DNA of 64,000 nt from Histomonas meleagridis 2922-C6/04-290x (taxonomy: Eukaryota > Protista > Parabasalia). Each line of letters starts with the position of its first letter. Positions within the stretch are counted from its first letter, which is position 1. Both the position numbers and the translations under genes were made by a program. The notes beneath the pieces were generated by a model. That model was given only the letters and a program-made list of their open reading frames with translations, ran no database searches and was not told where the DNA came from. Where the stretch lies: NCBI GenBank assembly GCA_020184695.1, contig JAANOX010000270.1, positions 89,659 to 153,658 on the forward strand. Direction: 5' to 3'. Of this stretch, positions 22,577 through 34,850 are shown one piece after another.

Positions 22577-23437
22577 TGTCACTTTTCTTTACACCTTAAC
22601 GTTCGCTGTGATATTTCATCATCACTTTAAGTGAATACAATGTTTCAAAAAAAAAAAAGTCAATCAAACAACTTCTTTAAAAACAAATCAAAACACTTCG
22701 CAAGTGTTCTTACGAATCAGTTTGTCCTTTTCAAGATATACATCAACAATTGTCCAAAAAAATTCATCCAAAGCTGAACATTCGACATAACGTTATGTCC
22801 AATCAGCATTTGTAATTCTTTACCTTTAGATGTTGGTATGGATGTATATTCTTCCAAACTTCAATTTGGATTATTTAAATATTTGGTTTAAACCACTAAA
22901 TATATGGAAGATGATTTCTGACCTTTTTATCTCATTGATCTAGAAACTATATACGTTTCCAAGTGAAGAAGATGTGTTCAACCAGCTGAGGATGGCAACA
23001 CTCATTTTCATTAAGAATTCGCTTCTTCATAATATACATCCACAACTGACAATTACGCCTTGTCAAAGCTGTTTCGTGCCAATGATTCATACTTAGATGT
23101 TGTGCACAACCACTTTCCAAACTTATTTTTCATCACTTTTAACAAAAACATATCGTTTATCGCTTCCGTGCATTGCTGTCTCAGACCTTTTCAATTGATT
23201 TTGAAAAGCAAATAACAACGGTGCGCAGCATCCATAAAGCGTATGCAACGAATTCTTCAATCACTTTCACCTTCTTCAAAAATAAAAAGTGCACATAGTG
23301 ATACATCTTAACTTTTTAAGTCAAAAAACGTTTTGCCCAAATAATCAAACAAAAAGTTTAATTGATTTTGCTGATTAAATTTGTTTTTCTTGAGCCACAC
23401 ATAAAAATTTCGATTGATAATATATTTATTTATTTAT

Positions 23438-26382
23438 TTATTTACCAGTTCTGAACATTTTCCTATATGCGGCCTTCATTTGCCCTTTATATCTTTTATT
23501 AACAATTTTCGATGATAAAGGTGCAAATGCGAAAGGCCTTTGTCCGCTTTTTTGGTTATCGCCTTTACCGTTCTGTGTCTTAAATCGTTTACCACTTTCA
23601 GCCACGAATGCGTTTTCGATACTTTTCTTTTGTTGTTCTTTTTGTTTCAATTTTCTCTTCTTAATATGTTCTGCGATTTCATTCACTCCGTCTGATTCAT
23701 CACTTTCGTCGTCACCATTTTTCATTTTTTCGTTTTTCTTCGGCGCCTCTTTCAGCACAAGTCGGCCTCTTTTATCGAATTCGAGTCCTTCGTCCTCTAA
23801 GTTCTGTGGCTGATTCATTATTCGTTGTACTGTTTCACGCGGATCATTTAAATCGTGGACATCTTCGTCATATCTACTGTCTAATTCGATGTCATTATCA
23901 TCGAAACTTTGCGTTTCATCTGTTTTATTATTTCGACGTCTTAAGTTCTTATTCACTTCTTTACGCGCATTACGTAAAAGTTTCTCTTCGTTAGGTGGGA
24001 AACATTCAGTAACTTTCTCTATGCCAAACATTGATATGCATTTCTCTATTAATTTATGTCCTTTTCCTTTAATTTCCCAATTTGTCTTTTTACTAGAGTT
24101 AATTCCAAGTATTATCATGTTGCCAAGTTGCGAAGATTCAACAAATTTCGGTAATCGAGAAATTAATGTTTTCGAAAATTGTAATGCACTACGAAATACT
24201 TCTGATGTCGGATTAGAATCAGTTGCCTTGAAACATATCAAACAAAATTGTCCGAGGTCTTCAGGGTTAATATTTTCTGCAAATTTGTTTATGATACATT
24301 CAATGGCGTCAATTGTAGCACTTACAAAATTACTTGAATTTGATGCTATACCAACAGATATATGTAATAACAATGGAGTTAATGATTGTCCTCGTTTTAT
24401 GAAATCACTTGCAATAGTATTAATACATTCATTAGCTGCTTCACGTGTTTTTGCTCCATGTTCTTTTAATGCTCCAACAATTTCTGGTAAGAAACTATTT
24501 AACATTTCATCATAATTTTCTGTGTTCGGTATTTGTAATAATGTTAACATTAATAATAATCGATAACGTAATGTTGATGATGATTGAACTTCTGTTGTAT
24601 TATTTAATGCATTAAGTAACTCAGTTGTAACTGAAGGATTTGGAAACTTTTGGATATATGTACGTAATGAACGAAGTGCCTTTTACGAATTAATGAGCCA
24701 AAAAATGCATTAACAGAATTTTGATCCATTAATGAAGCAACAACAGATATTGCCGGAATTACACATGATGCAGTGGATGGATCAACAGAAGCATTAGCTA
24801 ATGAAATTAACATTTGTTCATGTCGATCAGTATATGGAGCAATGATTTGTATTATTTTACAAATCGGTCGATATAATTCTAATTTGAATTCTTCAAATCG
24901 ATTTAATACTAAGTCAACAAAACCTGAAATATCAGTTAAATTCGTTGTGCAACAATTTGGTATAACATTCCATAAGTTTTGCCATAATATTCGAGATGGA
25001 TCTTGTCGTAAGTTTTCATACATTTCTTCTTCAATAGGTAATAAATAATTAAATGTGAATGTTAAATCATTAAGATTTTTCCCATTATAAGATTTTAAAA
25101 TTGGAATTACAATTGTTTCTAATATATGTAAATCACTAATAGGTACTTGCGCTTTCTCAAAAAACTCTGTAAGTCCAATAGCTTCAGCACAACTTACAAT
25201 AAAATTAACAATCATTGTGAAATGAGTTGAATCAATATTTGTCATTTTATCAAGTGATGCAGTAATTGGAGCTTGTAATACTTCGAATGTATTTTCTCTT
25301 GTTTTTTCAGGAATTGTTTGTAATATAGAATATACTTGTGGCCAAATGTTAATAAATTGTACACTCATAGTTTGTGTAAGTTCATTTACAATTGGTACAA
25401 ATGCATTTAAATCGCCATCCGAAACAGTTGCATGAATTCCATATAATATTATGTTATTAATTAATGTTTCACATTCTTTGTCATTCATTGTTAAAAATAT
25501 TAATAATTGATGTAATATTCGTGGAAAATTAAATTTAAGAACTTGAAGATCTGAATGCGCTAACATAGTAACACATGATTGTATTAATTCACATATTGCA
25601 TATAATATATCTCCTGCTGATTCTGGTTTAGATGAAATGTACTTATTAATAATACTAATGCATGTGTCAGTAGGCATATAATGAACTGCATTTGATAAAA
25701 CTTGAATCGCTTTAACTTTTGTCGCATGATTTGGACTTTCTGTATATTGGATAACTTTTTCAATGTATTTGGGCCAGATTTGACTGTTAGCGACATGTGA
25801 AATATTATTAATGACTGTTAATGCTCGAAGTGGATTTCGATCTATGATTTCAAACATATAACTAAAGGCTATTCCATGAATTTGTGTAAAATCATATATT
25901 GCTTGTGAGGCACTATTTCGAAGTCGAGAGTCATCACTAAGAGAACGTTGGCAAAGTCTTGTACATACATCTCGAACCATCGTGTCAGACATTGAGGAAT
26001 GTTTTGATAATTGAACAAGAACTGGACACATGGGTATTGAAAGTTCTGTAGAACAATTGGAAAAAAGTGGTACAAGAGAACTAAGAAGATGTGATGAAAT
26101 AGTTGAATCAAGAGGTGCTGATTCAAGTGCAATATGAAGAAGTCGAAGTAGTTCAGGAAGACCATCTATTTCTTTTTTATCAAGTCTATGAACTGTAAGA
26201 GATGTGATTGCACCTAAATATACAGAAGCTGATGGATATGGGTCAAATGAAAGTGTCCCTTGATTAACTTGATTTTGAATTGAAGATCTAACAAGATCTA
26301 ATATTTGAATAAAGCGCTTTTGATTTCTATCATTTCTAAGACATTCATAAGCAGCAAAAATATCAGTATCAGAACTTGTCAT
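23438..26382 (-). CDS. RRP12: RRP12-like HEAT-repeat ribosome biogenesis protein, single -1 frameshift at the A4 run 24681-24684
   Basis: Two long HEAT-like ORFs join if one A is added (CGT AAA AAG GCA). C-terminus GKGDNQKSGQRPFAFAPL...NKR is RRP12-like. Confidence 0.75.
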
Positions 26383-26691
26383 TGGATTTTAAATCGATGG
26401 TCGTATGTTTTGAATGTGAAAGATTTTTACATAAATATTTTCATTGAAATTATGATGACAAAATATCATTAATATTCAAAAAGTTTGTATGCAAAGGACG
26501 CAATCAACGTGAAGTGATTTAACGTTCTCCATTTTATCTTTCATCTCAAATTCGTTCATAGAGTCTATATTGATAAAATATACACAAAAAATGTATCATA
26601 TTCATTGCATATGAAAAAAATTTTAATTATTGTATTAAAATTAGATTTTGATAAATAGTCTATATAATTCTCTGAGTCAAAAATAATATTT

Positions 26692-28160
26692 TTAATGTAT
26701 TATTTCTGTATGACCTTTACCAGATGCTAAAATAAGTGCTGTAATAAATAATTTAAATAATTTCCAAATATTATTTTGAAATATAAAAATATTAAAATGA
26801 ATTTCAAATAAAACAAATAAATATTTTTAGCATTAATATCAATTCCTTCTTGTTCAAGAAGTAATTTAACTATTTCTGTATGAACTTTTGAATATGCTTT
26901 AACAAGTGGTGTATTAAATAATTTCCAAATATTATTTTGAAATATCAAATTATCAATATAAAAATTATCTTTAGCATTATTATAAATTCCTTTTTGCTTT
27001 AAAATGTATGTAACAAGTTCAATATTTCCTGAAAATAATTTTGATATAATATTTTCTGGAAGTTGATTATTTTTATGGAAATATTTTACAAGAAAAATGT
27101 TTACAATTTTTGCTGCTTCATTAATGATATTTTCATTAATTTTCATTCCTTCTTTTTCTAAATATGTAAAAATTTCAGAATTAAAATATGAAACGCATTT
27201 TTCTCTTAATTCGTCTAATTGACTAATATCTTCAAATTTATTTTCATAAAGATATCATTTTGATGAAACATAATTGCAGTTTTATATGCATCTTCAAATG
27301 ATGAATGATTTTGTTCACATAAATAAATGATTTCTTCATTTCCACCTGCAACTGCATATTTACCTGTATCAATTTTATTTGCATTGTTCATAAGTAAATA
27401 TTTAAAACATTTAACTGAAGAAAAAAATGCTACATAATCAATTAATGTAACATTGTTTTTATTAATAAATGAACATCTTTCATAAGTTGATTTTGGAATT
27501 ATTTGATTATAATCGAATTCATTTTGTGATGATATTTCTTGAATTTTTTCTATTTCGAATTATTTTAGTAATTTTAATCGGATTATGTCCTTCTTCAATT
27601 AATTGTTTATGAAGCTCAAAATCATTATTTGAAAGTTGCTTAATGTTTGCAATGGTTTGTTAAAAAAAATAAATGTTATCTCGTTTTTAATTTTCTTCTT
27701 TAGACAAATAGTGGATAAAATATGGATTTAACATATCTTTTAATATTTCATGATCAATAATATTATTTTCACACATTTTATAAAGTATATGATTTATTTC
27801 TTGATCAAGGATTCCTGAATGATGAAGAAAATTAGTAAAAACATCAAAAATTTGAGATTTGACTTTATTAATATCTTGAAATATTTCAATTTCATTCATA
27901 AATTTTAAAAATATATCAAAATCATTCTTTGCAATATAAATACATATAACAACAAAATGACTCATAACTAATATAGTTTTTTTTCTTTTAAACTTTTTTA
28001 AAAGAAAATCTTCTTTTAAAAGAATATGGGGAAATATAGTCAATTATGGAAATAATTAATTGAACTACTTGAAAAATATTTATTTAAGCCAAATATGATT
28101 TGTTGAATTGCTTCAATGACTATTCATTTAATTTATTCTTGAGTTCTGTATTAATTGCAT
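26692..28160 (-). pseudogene. DUF3447-type ankyrin gene D, frameshifted in the 5' part, two spacers (26913-26966, 26743-26822)
   Basis: Homologous blocks (FSSVKCFKYLL, YAVAGGNEEII) in several frames; last module truncated at TALILASGKGHTEIIH*. Confidence 0.75.
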
Positions 28161-28272
28161 TTTAAAAATTTAAAACTAATAATGTAACTAACATATGAAA
28201 ATTATTATAATTAAAATTATTATTTTTTTTTTAAAACAACGAAATATAATTAGAAAAATGGACAACGAATTT

Positions 28273-28923
28273 TTATTGCATATATTCTTCGTCTTCTTGA
28301 GGCAGAGGGATAAGATCTGCTTTAGAAAGTTCTTGTTCATACTTCTCAACAAGAATTGGATCAAGGATAACTGGTGGAGGACTGAACACTGGTGCCGTTG
28401 TGAACTGAAGATTGGGACATCCGGTCATTGATCTTGCCAATGATAAAAATGGCATTTCAAAATGATAATTTGTTTTAGCAGAAACTTCAAAGTACTTGAG
28501 CTTGTTTTTCTTGTGGAATGTGACTCGTTTTGATGGAACTTTTCTATCGCGTATATCTATTTTACTCCCAACTAAAACAATTGGTATCTGTGGACAAACA
28601 CATGTAAGATCTTTGTACCATGTTGAAACACTTCTGTAGCTTGATGATGATGTAACATCAAACATTATAATTGCACAATTTGCATCTAAATAATATCCTT
28701 CTCGAAGACCACCAAACCTTGCCTCCCCTGCCGTATCCCAGACGTTGTATAAAATGATACCACGTGTCGTTTGAAATGTTAACTGAGATACTTGAACACC
28801 AAGAGTTGGGATATATTTATTTTCGAATTCGCCAGTTTGATGTCGTTTAACAAATGTTGTCTTGCCAACTCCACCATCACCAACAAGAACAAGCTTTGCA
28901 ATCATTGTTGGGGTTCCCTCCAT
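28273..28923 (-). CDS. RAN: Ran GTPase, divergent paralogue
   Basis: KLVLVGDGGVGKTTFVKRH..GEF..KYIPTLGV, FGGLR.GYY, FYEISAK-like FEVSAK, acidic tail PLPQEDEE. Confidence 0.9.
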   Translation of the reverse strand: MEGTPTMIAKLVLVGDGGVGKTTFVKRHQTGEFENKYIPTLGVQVSQLTFQTTRGIILYNVWDTAGEARFGGLREGYYLDANCAIIMFDVTSSSSYRSVSTWYKDLTCVCPQIPIVLVGSKIDIRDRKVPSKRVTFHKKNKLKYFEVSAKTNYHFEMPFLSLARSMTGCPNLQFTTAPVFSPPPVILDPILVEKYEQELSKADLIPLPQEDEEYMQ

Positions 28924-29144
28924 CAGTCTTTAGGGTGTCAAATCTAATATTGAGAGAAAATATTGATGACATTTAGTATTTTGAACGATTTTATTTTAAA
29001 ACATTCTATAGGAAATGTACGTTTAAATATTCAACAGAAAAAAAAAAAAAATGTATCATAACAAATGTTAATATTAACATTTGTGAAAAAAAAATGTTCA
29101 CTCATTCCAAAAGATTTATAACAAAATTGATTACATTAAACATT

Positions 29145-30050
29145 TTAATCATCTTCTATAATAGGTTCGAAATAATCGACCGAAACTTGCATTTCGTTCG
29201 ATACTTTCATCACAGCTCCAGCGTTTTTCATTGACCCGCAATAATTTGGTGCAGAAAAAACAGTACAACAACACTTATTCTCACCAAATGGAAACTCGAA
29301 ACCATCCATAACCATTTCATGAGCTCTACACAACAAATCTAATTCATTTTCATTCAAAAAATCCTCAACAACATCCGCACCAAACTCTACAGATGTACCT
29401 CGCTCACTTTCTTTCCATCCATCATGAGTAGCTCTTGGATCAGCCCAAACAATATCGGCAGCAAGTCCTTGGATTGGTATATCAAGAGGCCGTTTTATTT
29501 TCTCAATTTGTTTGCAGTTTTTGAGTTCGGGTGAAATTCCTCCATGAACACAAAAAATGCGGCCTCCAATTATGGCTGCTAAGGGAATCCAACGAAATAC
29601 TTCGGTAAAGGAATACCAGAGCTTTTGGATTCCTAAGTCAATGAACTCTTGGAAAAATCCATCTTCCCTGGAGATTTCATCAGTTTCATGATTCCCTCGT
29701 AATAAAAATATTTTATCGGGATATTTAACTTTGAGTGAAAAGAGATAAGAAATAGTTTGGATACTGTAGAGACCACGTCCAACATAATCTCCTAAAAAAA
29801 GATATTGTGTATCAGAAGGTGAGCCTTCTGTTTTGAATATACGTAAGAGATCTTCGAATTGTCCATGAATATCGCCGCAGATAACAATTGGTGGTCTGAG
29901 TGATAAAAGAATGTTTTCTTTGCGGAAAATTCTTTCAACTAATGAGCATAACCACATAAGTTCCTTACTTGATAGAGAGCATTTGACATCAGATAATTCA
30001 TCTGGGCTTTTTTCGAGTTTAGACAAAATACTCTCTATACGGAAGCTCAT
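29145..30050 (-). CDS. PPP-family (PP1-like) Ser/Thr phosphatase
   Basis: GDIHGQ, GDYVGRG, LRGNHE, HGG, RAHE and FSAPNYCG motifs. Confidence 0.9.
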   Translation of the reverse strand: MSFRIESILSKLEKSPDELSDVKCSLSSKELMWLCSLVERIFRKENILLSLRPPIVICGDIHGQFEDLLRIFKTEGSPSDTQYLFLGDYVGRGLYSIQTISYLFSLKVKYPDKIFLLRGNHETDEISREDGFFQEFIDLGIQKLWYSFTEVFRWIPLAAIIGGRIFCVHGGISPELKNCKQIEKIKRPLDIPIQGLAADIVWADPRATHDGWKESERGTSVEFGADVVEDFLNENELDLLCRAHEMVMDGFEFPFGENKCCCTVFSAPNYCGSMKNAGAVMKVSNEMQVSVDYFEPIIEDD

Positions 30051-30155
30051 AATGATTTTGGTTGCGTGGCAAAAAAGACGTTAACAAAATATTTTCAGTA
30101 ATGAATAAACTATTCAAATAGTATGGGACTTGTGATATGAAATTATATACAGAAA

Positions 30156-31436
30156 ATGAGCCAAAAAAAGAATTCTGAAACAAAGGTATTTAGAGATAAA
30201 TCACAATCACCCGAACTCCCAAAAAGCGAACTTACTTTATACTATGATTTAATAAAAAAATGTATATTTAATTTTAATCAATCTGTTATTTCGCAGAACA
30301 TAGTAAATACTTTTCAAACATTGAAACAACTATGTGAAGTACTTGCTATAGATTTCAAGATCTCTAAAGAACTTTTTATGGTTGATGATTTTATTCAAAA
30401 CCTTACTTCTCTTTTTTATTTAAATAACTTTGAACTCATTATAACTGCCTCTAAGGTTACTTCACTAATTTTATTTCACACAGATGATTTATTTAAAGAA
30501 TTTCCCAATGACTTTTTATCAAACTTATTTTTAATCCTACAAAGTTCCCCTCAAGGTTCCAATATTACTTACTTAGTGGATCTTATTTGTAATATCTGTG
30601 CTGAAATTTCGGATTTATCTGATTATGCCAAAAATATTGATTCTCTCATTGATGCTTATAGTTCCAGATCAATAACTATTTCTTTTTCCACTCTCATTCA
30701 TCAATTTTCACCATACATTTTGCCAACCAAAAATTTTTTTGATTTTCTTTTTTCTCTTACTCAAAATTCCAATAATGAAATCACATGTATTTCCCTTTGG
30801 ACGATTTCAGATATGTGTCGTATTAGAGGTACTGAGGCAACAAATTTAATAAAAGATTATTATATTACCTATTTAATTGATAAAATATCTAACAGTATTT
30901 CTCCAAAGCATATTGAAGCTTCTTTTTCGATTCTAACTTATTGCGTTTATTATTCGCAAGTTGATATTTCTATTTTCCCAATTTCTTTTTATGTGGAATT
31001 ATGTCATTCTAATAATCAAATGATTCAATATGCAGCATTACAATTCATTCAGTGCGTTTCTGTTAAGGAACCATTAATTGTTTGTCAAAGCAATGGCTTA
31101 TCTTTAATTGAACTTGAAAATTTTTCTAGCTTTCGAGTTCTTAATCAAATAATTTGTATAATTTCACATATTTTAGTAGCAGCTTCTTATGAACTTCTTT
31201 CACAAATTCCACTTCAGAGAATACTTTTATTCTTACTAAACAAAATTAATGATAATGAATCTATTCAATTTACAATATTGCAATGTTTTCTTTCATTAAA
31301 GATGAAAATGGAAGCAAATAATATTCAATTTGAAATGATATTACAAAACGTAAATGGAATAGATATAATCGAAAACATGATATGCTCTGAAAATGAAGAG
31401 GTATCAAACATAGCATTGATGATTATGCATAATTAA
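30156..31436 (+). CDS. Hypothetical alpha-helical (ARM/HEAT-like) protein, 426 aa
   Basis: Long ATG-initiated ORF, Leu/Ile-rich helical pattern; no family recognised. Confidence 0.6.
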   Translation: MSQKKNSETKVFRDKSQSPELPKSELTLYYDLIKKCIFNFNQSVISQNIVNTFQTLKQLCEVLAIDFKISKELFMVDDFIQNLTSLFYLNNFELIITASKVTSLILFHTDDLFKEFPNDFLSNLFLILQSSPQGSNITYLVDLICNICAEISDLSDYAKNIDSLIDAYSSRSITISFSTLIHQFSPYILPTKNFFDFLFSLTQNSNNEITCISLWTISDMCRIRGTEATNLIKDYYITYLIDKISNSISPKHIEASFSILTYCVYYSQVDISIFPISFYVELCHSNNQMIQYAALQFIQCVSVKEPLIVCQSNGLSLIELENFSSFRVLNQIICIISHILVAASYELLSQIPLQRILLFLLNKINDNESIQFTILQCFLSLKMKMEANNIQFEMILQNVNGIDIIENMICSENEEVSNIALMIMHN

Positions 31437-31764
31437 TATATGAAACATTAAAAAATTTCTTGGTTTTGAACATGTATAAAAATATTCAAATTGCTTTTCT
31501 CAAAAAGCAAATGACATAATTGTGAAAATTATATTTATTTTAAAATTAATCAAATTATTTGAACAGCACTAATTTATGCAGTTTAAAATGCTTTCCATAA
31601 TTTCGTTATGGAAAACATGATATAAATAACAGTATCATTTAACACTAAAAAATAAATAAAAATTTATCTAAATGTTTTTATCAAGAAAGACATTCTAACA
31701 AAATTTAAAATATTTCAATTGATAATTTATTTATTTTTTATTTATATTCAAAACATAAATAAAT

Positions 31765-32799
31765 TTATTTAACCGGCGGCTTTGGACCATTTGGAAAGTT
31801 TCTTATCATTTCCTCAGGCGTTCTCATCAACTTTAAGTACTCAGGCAAACACATATTACTTCCCGGAACTTTCACATCCTCATTAAACAACTCAGCAAAG
31901 AATGGATGCTTCATGCATTCATCCGCAGTTAATCTTTTATCAGGCGCGTATAAAAATATTTTCTGTAATAAATCCACAAAGTCGTCTTGTACATAATTAG
32001 GTAACACAGCTCTTAATGAACGAATTTTACCACCAAAAAAAGAAATTTGTTTCTTATGAACAAATGTATCTAAATCGGATTTTTGTGGTGGACCAATAAT
32101 ACGCATAATTCTGTTCAATAATTCGTTGTTATTCGATCCATAAAAAAGTGGTTTTCCTTGAAGTACCATTTCAGCTAATACGCAACCTGCGGCCCATGTA
32201 TCAATGGCCGTGGTATAATTAGGGCAATCTAAAAGAAGCTCTGGCGCCCTGTAACATCGGGTAGAAATATATGAGACGGAAACTTCGTTGGGTAAAAGAA
32301 ATTTGGCACTCCCAAAATCACATATTTGAAGGCGGCCATCTTGTGGATCAACAAGGACATTAGAGGGCTTGATATCACGATGGCAAACTCCATGATGATG
32401 TAAATATGATAAGCCTGCAAATAATTGATACCCAAATATTTTGATGTACAAAGGCAGTGGAAATGGTTGACGATTTAGAAATGTTGTCAATGATTCAGGA
32501 AGATAACCAGTGACAAGGTGAAGGTACACAGAATTGTTTGTTCCTTCTTTGGTAGTATAATGTGTTATGTATTGAAGACAATTAGGATGCTTAAGCTTGC
32601 AGACAATATCAAGTTCCCTGTTCTTAAATTTTGGATCTAGGTATACTTTTTTAATGGCTACTTTATTTCCTTCAGAATCATTTGCAAGAAAAACAGCACC
32701 AAATGTTCCAATTCCAATTGTAGAGATTGGAGTATACCCATCGTACGTTTCTAATTTTGTTGTATGATTAGTAATGTGACTATGTGATTTATGTTTCAT
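31765..32799 (-). CDS. GSK3: GSK3/shaggy-family CMGC kinase
   Basis: AIKKVYLDPKFKNRELDI, HRDIKPSNVLVD, DFGSAK, VSYISTRCYRAPELL. Confidence 0.85.
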   Translation of the reverse strand: MKHKSHSHITNHTTKLETYDGYTPISTIGIGTFGAVFLANDSEGNKVAIKKVYLDPKFKNRELDIVCKLKHPNCLQYITHYTTKEGTNNSVYLHLVTGYLPESLTTFLNRQPFPLPLYIKIFGYQLFAGLSYLHHHGVCHRDIKPSNVLVDPQDGRLQICDFGSAKFLLPNEVSVSYISTRCYRAPELLLDCPNYTTAIDTWAAGCVLAEMVLQGKPLFYGSNNNELLNRIMRIIGPPQKSDLDTFVHKKQISFFGGKIRSLRAVLPNYVQDDFVDLLQKIFLYAPDKRLTADECMKHPFFAELFNEDVKVPGSNMCLPEYLKLMRTPEEMIRNFPNGPKPPVK

Positions 32800-32941
32800 T
32801 TTGGTTAATAGTGTATCGAAAATTCAAGTTTTTCACTTTACATGTCATAAAAAAGAACGTGGTTCGAAGTAGAGTATGGTGAGTTTTTTTATTTTAATTA
32901 GAAAATTATTCAATTTTTTTAACATAGAATGTCAATTTTTA

Positions 32942-33715
32942 ATGTCCGTTTGTTGTTCTTGCAGAAAAGAAGTTGAATTATTTGAACTTCGAAAAGATGT
33001 CAAAAAATGTGCTCAATGTTTATGCGATCAAGTTGGCCGTTCTATAATGGATTTATTTAAAAAAGGCCTAAAATTAATTCCAGCACCAGTTCATGTTTTA
33101 GTTGCTGTTTCTGGTGGGCCCTCATCTCTTGTTTTATGGGACTTACTAAGTAAGCGTCTTAACACAACACATATTGGTAAAAGTGCTGTTGTTCGTAAAT
33201 TATCTGCCATTTCCACTCAACCTCTAAATATTCCAAATCTAATTGAAATTCCTCATTTTTCTATTCCAGACATAGTGTCGTATGCCAAAGAAAACGATTA
33301 CAATTGCGTTGTTTTTGGTTTTAATGTAGATCATATATCTTTATCCAATCTAGCTGCAGTTTCATGCGGAAGACCAGATTTATCTCCATGGCTTTCCAAC
33401 GATGATTCTGAGAACTACAGACCTGTTGTAGTTCTTAAACCAGTTCGAAAATGTTTAGAATCTGAATTGAAATTTTATTGCGATCAAAACAAAATCAGTT
33501 ACGACGACACGCCTTCAGCACTTTATAAAGCTTTTCCATTTGAGAATAAGTTGCTACAACGCATTAAAGAAGAAGGTCATAATGATACTTCATTTGCAGT
33601 GCAGAGAATGGGAGAAAGGCTGCAGACAATGAAACAGAGCTACAAGTGTCCAACATGTGGACTTCCGTCTAATATAGAGGGGCCATGTCAAATGTGTTTG
33701 AAATTATCAGATTGA
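32942..33715 (+). CDS. CTU2: Cytoplasmic tRNA 2-thiolation protein 2-like (PP-loop superfamily)
   Basis: N-terminal CxxC pairs, VLVAVSGGPSS, LKPVRKCLESELKFY and C-terminal CPTCG..C..C. Start taken at the second ATG behind TCAATT. Confidence 0.6.
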   Translation: MSVCCSCRKEVELFELRKDVKKCAQCLCDQVGRSIMDLFKKGLKLIPAPVHVLVAVSGGPSSLVLWDLLSKRLNTTHIGKSAVVRKLSAISTQPLNIPNLIEIPHFSIPDIVSYAKENDYNCVVFGFNVDHISLSNLAAVSCGRPDLSPWLSNDDSENYRPVVVLKPVRKCLESELKFYCDQNKISYDDTPSALYKAFPFENKLLQRIKEEGHNDTSFAVQRMGERLQTMKQSYKCPTCGLPSNIEGPCQMCLKLSD

Positions 33716-34850
33716 AAGCATCATAAATATTTATAAAAAAATTGGTTTTGTTTATCATGTATTGTTATTTTCTGGAAAAGAAAAACTTTTTTGGTATTAA
33801 TTTTAGTTCATTATGTTTACTTGAATGCTTTGATTATGTATTTCAAAAATTTGAATTTATTCTGATATATCATCTAAGCAGTATTATTTTTTTATTATAA
33901 TGTTAATAATAAGTAATTTTTATAGATTATTTATAATAGGTGTATAAACTTAAAATATTAATATTTTAATTGTCATTTATATATAAACAAAATTATATGT
34001 ATATGTCGTTAATATTATCACATAATATTTTATTAAAAAAAAAATCTTGCTTTTTCCGGAAGAAATTTTTAGAATCAAATAATATTTTTGAAATTGTATA
34101 AATTAAAACTATCTCAAGAAAAGATAATAAAAACTATATTAGAAATAATAATCATAGATGAACAATTCATTTGAATGCATGAAAACTTAGTTTTTATAAG
34201 AACAAATTGAAGTTATTATGTCCCCAAAGCAGATTTTAAAAATATAATCTGTTCAAACTCTTACTTGTTGGTTTCCGAGTGAAAAAATAAATATAATTGA
34301 ATATCATAATAATTTCTAAATCGAAGCATACTTGCATTAAATATCAATAAAAATATCACAAGATAAACCAATATATATATATATATAATTTTTTTACATA
34401 TATTAAAAAGCAAAGAAATTTTTCATCAAATTTATTTTGAAAATAAATTAATAATTTTGATTTTAAATTTATAACAAGAGAAAAAATATTTCAATTTTTT
34501 TTATTAAACAAAATTAACATCTCTTATTTTGAATTGTACTTTCACATTGAAATGTGTATTTCAATTCTTTCTTTATGACTTGATAAAGTACACATCAACA
34601 TTTTCCCCGTGAAGTCCAGTGATCGATGCGACAGCGCTTTCATGATCAGCAACTCCATTTCTCATAATTTTTGCAAAAAAAAACATTTAAAATTTTGATT
34701 CTATACCATGTGCAAAAAGCAATTTTTCATTTTTACACACATCACATATTTTAACGAAAATTCTTGAAAAGGTTGAGCAAAGATTGTACAAAATAAAGCT
34801 TAGAATATAATTCCCACTTTTTGATATTCTTGATTCAAGCTTGCTCCAAC

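Noticed and set aside
22700-23330. Coding-like intergenic stretch between the BRWD-like gene and RRP12
   Set aside because: All frames are broken and no motif was recognised; probably an old pseudogene but unassignable.
32879-32927. GTGAGT...TTTAACATAG putative intron after the first ATG of the CTU2-like ORF
   Set aside because: Removal gives ATG AAT GTC AAT TTT TAA (immediate stop). The downstream ATG at 32942 with its own Inr-like motif explains the gene.
34573-34665. 30-codon GC-richer ORF (MRNGVADHESAVASITGLHGENVDVYFIKS) on the minus strand
   Set aside because: Too short, no recognisable homology or RNA motif; cannot be supported without a search.
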